A DNA stretch of 64,000 nucleotides from an uncultured virus (IMG/VR IMGVR_UViG_3300018080_006410) (taxonomy: Duplodnaviria; Heunggongvirae; Uroviricota; Caudoviricetes): the IMG/VR virus record IMGVR_UViG_3300018080_006410; one strand, given 5' to 3'. The notes below the pieces were generated by a model. It did no database searches. It had not been told where the DNA came from and was given only the letters and a program-made list of their open reading frames with translations. Made by a program: the position numbers and the translations under genes. Position 1 is the first letter of the stretch, and each line of letters starts with the position of its first letter. Below are positions 62,062-64,000 of the stretch, piece after piece.

Positions 62062-63975
62062 CTACACCAGGTCCACGACCTCGCAGGCACCCTTCTCGCC
62101 CGTGCAGGCATAGGACTTCGGGCCAGCCGTGTGATCCTCCGTCTCGAACTCCCTCAGCCTCGACCAGTCGACGGCCCTCGGCATCTGCTTTGCCAGCCTT
62201 TCATACTCGTCCTCAGAACACTCCCCGTATGGAGCCTGAACATAAGAATGCGTCGACCTTGGGAAGAAGGTTATACCTCCCACCTCGTCAAAATGCTTGT
62301 AAACCCACGCCCCCACCTCCATCCAGTCACTCTCCTCCAACTCGACGGTGCAGCTCGGATTGTGATGGCACCAATGCTTCCTGTATACGCGCCATATCTC
62401 CAAATGCCTGATAGCCGTCAAGTCCTTAGAAACCACCGTCTTACCTGAAAAATGGTGGGCAAACGAAAACACCCAATTGTTGTCCGGCTTGGTCACATCG
62501 TCCTCGCAAGGCACTCCAAGCTCCACCATCATTCTTGCCAACGGATCATTCTTGGCAGCCCGAACGCGCCGAACATAATACTTGGCATATCTCGGATGAA
62601 TACCCGAACTACACGAGCAGAGCTGTCCAACAGTACCGCTGGGCTTGACGCACGTGACCGCTGCTGCCCTGTTCACGCCCAACTTTTCCGCCCACTCCGC
62701 ATTGACGCTCACCACACCCTCCCGAAGCCGCTCCAACATCTTACCAAGTTCCCGCTTGTTGGTGTACATCAGCGGATTGTCGAATATGCCAGTCAGACTA
62801 ACCCCGAGAAGCGCCTCTTCCTCTGCGTTCCTCCTCCAAACGTCCCGCAAGTAACGAAAATCGACCAGGGTGGCCTGCATCGTTCCGAGAATCGTGGCAA
62901 GACGCGCTTTCCGCCGCAACGAAGACTCATCGTCGTCCGGACGCACAACCACCTCCGACAAGTTGCACAACCCCCCTTCGAGATTCAGAAGAATCTCGCC
63001 GCAAGGATTCAACCCGTAATCAACATCTACCGAGCGCCCCAGCTCAGCGGCACGGACCAAAGCCGCCTCCCGATTGAAAATGCCTCGCTCGCCACTCTTG
63101 CTTTCAAAAAGAGCAAACCACTCCCGAAAAAACACATCCATGCTCGGCTTCTCCGTGTAAGCCGAACTTATATTCGCGAGAGCCCTCTGCGGCTCGGTTT
63201 TATACCAATCCCCACTCTTGGCATGCCTCATTCTGTCATCGCTCGGATTACTCAGGCTCAAAGTCGCGCTACGCCTAACCCCGCCAACCACCACGGCATC
63301 CGCGATCTTACAAACAAGATCGTGACATTCAATCGACGTCAACCTCCTACCACACGCCCCCTCAAAAAGGCGAACCACGAACCCGAACAGGTCGACAAGC
63401 GGCTGCGGACCCGACGCTCTCCCGCCAAACGTCTTGAGTCTAGAGCCAGCAGGTCGAATGTCGTCAACGTTCCACTTCGGCACCCTGCCCGAATACAACA
63501 TGCCGATCAGCTCCCTCAAGGCGTCACACCAACCGATCTTCGAATCCTCCACTTTGATCACAGTCGGCGAAGGATAAAACCTCTCCGCAACGACGGGAAG
63601 CCCACAAATAAACTGCCTTTCCACCGAGAACCCCACACCGACACCACACATCAAGAGGAATAATATCTCGTCAAAGACAACCGGATGGTCAATCTTTACC
63701 GCGCTGCAGTTGTATCCCGCCACCTCGTCCCTCTCCAAAGCAGGCCCCGCCGACATCATGCACCGCATGCTCGGCATCACCTCCAGGTTCAGAATGCCAT
63801 TCCTAAGCTCTCCTCTCGTGACATCGTCAATCTTACCCCGGCACTTGACGTCACACATGTGGTCCATGTACCGGTCGACCGTCTCCTCCCAGGTCTCGCG
63901 CCGGCCCTCGGACTCGACCCACCTGGCGTACCTTGAGAGATGGACAAACTGCTGATAGGTAGTGGGAAGCTCCAT
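62062..63975 (-). CDS. nrdJ: Class II (adenosylcobalamin-dependent) ribonucleotide reductase
   Basis: RRETWEETV, MPSMR, YNCS, GGVRRSA, NPCGEI, CNLSEV, TCVKPSGT, QAPY, C-terminal ACTG..GACE. Confidence 0.95.
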   Translation of the reverse strand: MELPTTYQQFVHLSRYARWVESEGRRETWEETVDRYMDHMCDVKCRGKIDDVTRGELRNGILNLEVMPSMRCMMSAGPALERDEVAGYNCSAVKIDHPVVFDEILFLLMCGVGVGFSVERQFICGLPVVAERFYPSPTVIKVEDSKIGWCDALRELIGMLYSGRVPKWNVDDIRPAGSRLKTFGGRASGPQPLVDLFGFVVRLFEGACGRRLTSIECHDLVCKIADAVVVGGVRRSATLSLSNPSDDRMRHAKSGDWYKTEPQRALANISSAYTEKPSMDVFFREWFALFESKSGERGIFNREAALVRAAELGRSVDVDYGLNPCGEILLNLEGGLCNLSEVVVRPDDDESSLRRKARLATILGTMQATLVDFRYLRDVWRRNAEEEALLGVSLTGIFDNPLMYTNKRELGKMLERLREGVVSVNAEWAEKLGVNRAAAVTCVKPSGTVGQLCSCSSGIHPRYAKYYVRRVRAAKNDPLARMMVELGVPCEDDVTKPDNNWVFSFAHHFSGKTVVSKDLTAIRHLEIWRVYRKHWCHHNPSCTVELEESDWMEVGAWVYKHFDEVGGITFFPRSTHSYVQAPYGECSEDEYERLAKQMPRAVDWSRLREFETEDHTAGPKSYACTGEKGACEVVDLV

Positions 63976-64000
63976 CACGCGAAATCCTCCACGCATAGGA

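Noticed and set aside
1..64000. Alternative genetic code, tRNA or rRNA genes
   Set aside because: Conserved enzymes read full length in code 11 with TGA and TAG as stops; no cloverleaf or rRNA-like segment was seen in the short intergenic gaps (not computationally scanned)

Overview
This 64 kb window looks like part of a large, GC-rich tailed bacteriophage genome. Over 100 tightly packed genes all lie on the minus strand, often with ATGA-type overlaps; the long plus-strand ORFs are antisense shadows. No capsid, terminase, tRNA, rRNA or CRISPR array is evident. The left two-thirds is an early/accessory region of small, often Cys-rich hypothetical genes. It includes SAM methyltransferases, MazG- and HD-like nucleotide hydrolases, a serpin-like protein, RmlD, Hin-type HTH regulators, RadC, a catalytically stripped ComM/YifB homologue, a TopoVI-A-like (Mini-A) protein and a HARE-HTH protein. 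Two recurring promoter-like motifs punctuate it: GTGGAAAAC-N8-TTTGGCAATATRG (6 copies) and GCGTATRVT (5 copies). The right third carries a glycan-modification set (intein-split RmlB, a GT10 fucosyltransferase, two GT25-Sel1 fusions, two Stf0-like sulfotransferases). It also holds a tandem pair of [signal-peptide protein + M10-like metalloprotease] cassettes, a cysteine desulfurase, an intein-split C5 DNA methyltransferase behind two ParB-like genes, and a class II ribonucleotide reductase. The most novel-looking items are the dead mini-ComM (possible dominant-negative inhibitor of host recombination or transformation), the sulfated-glycan module, the phage serpin, the duplicated protease cassettes, two inteins sitting on catalytic residues, and a direct-repeat-flanked cassette that splits a Zn-ribbon gene. 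All family calls come from motif recognition by eye; no database search was run.
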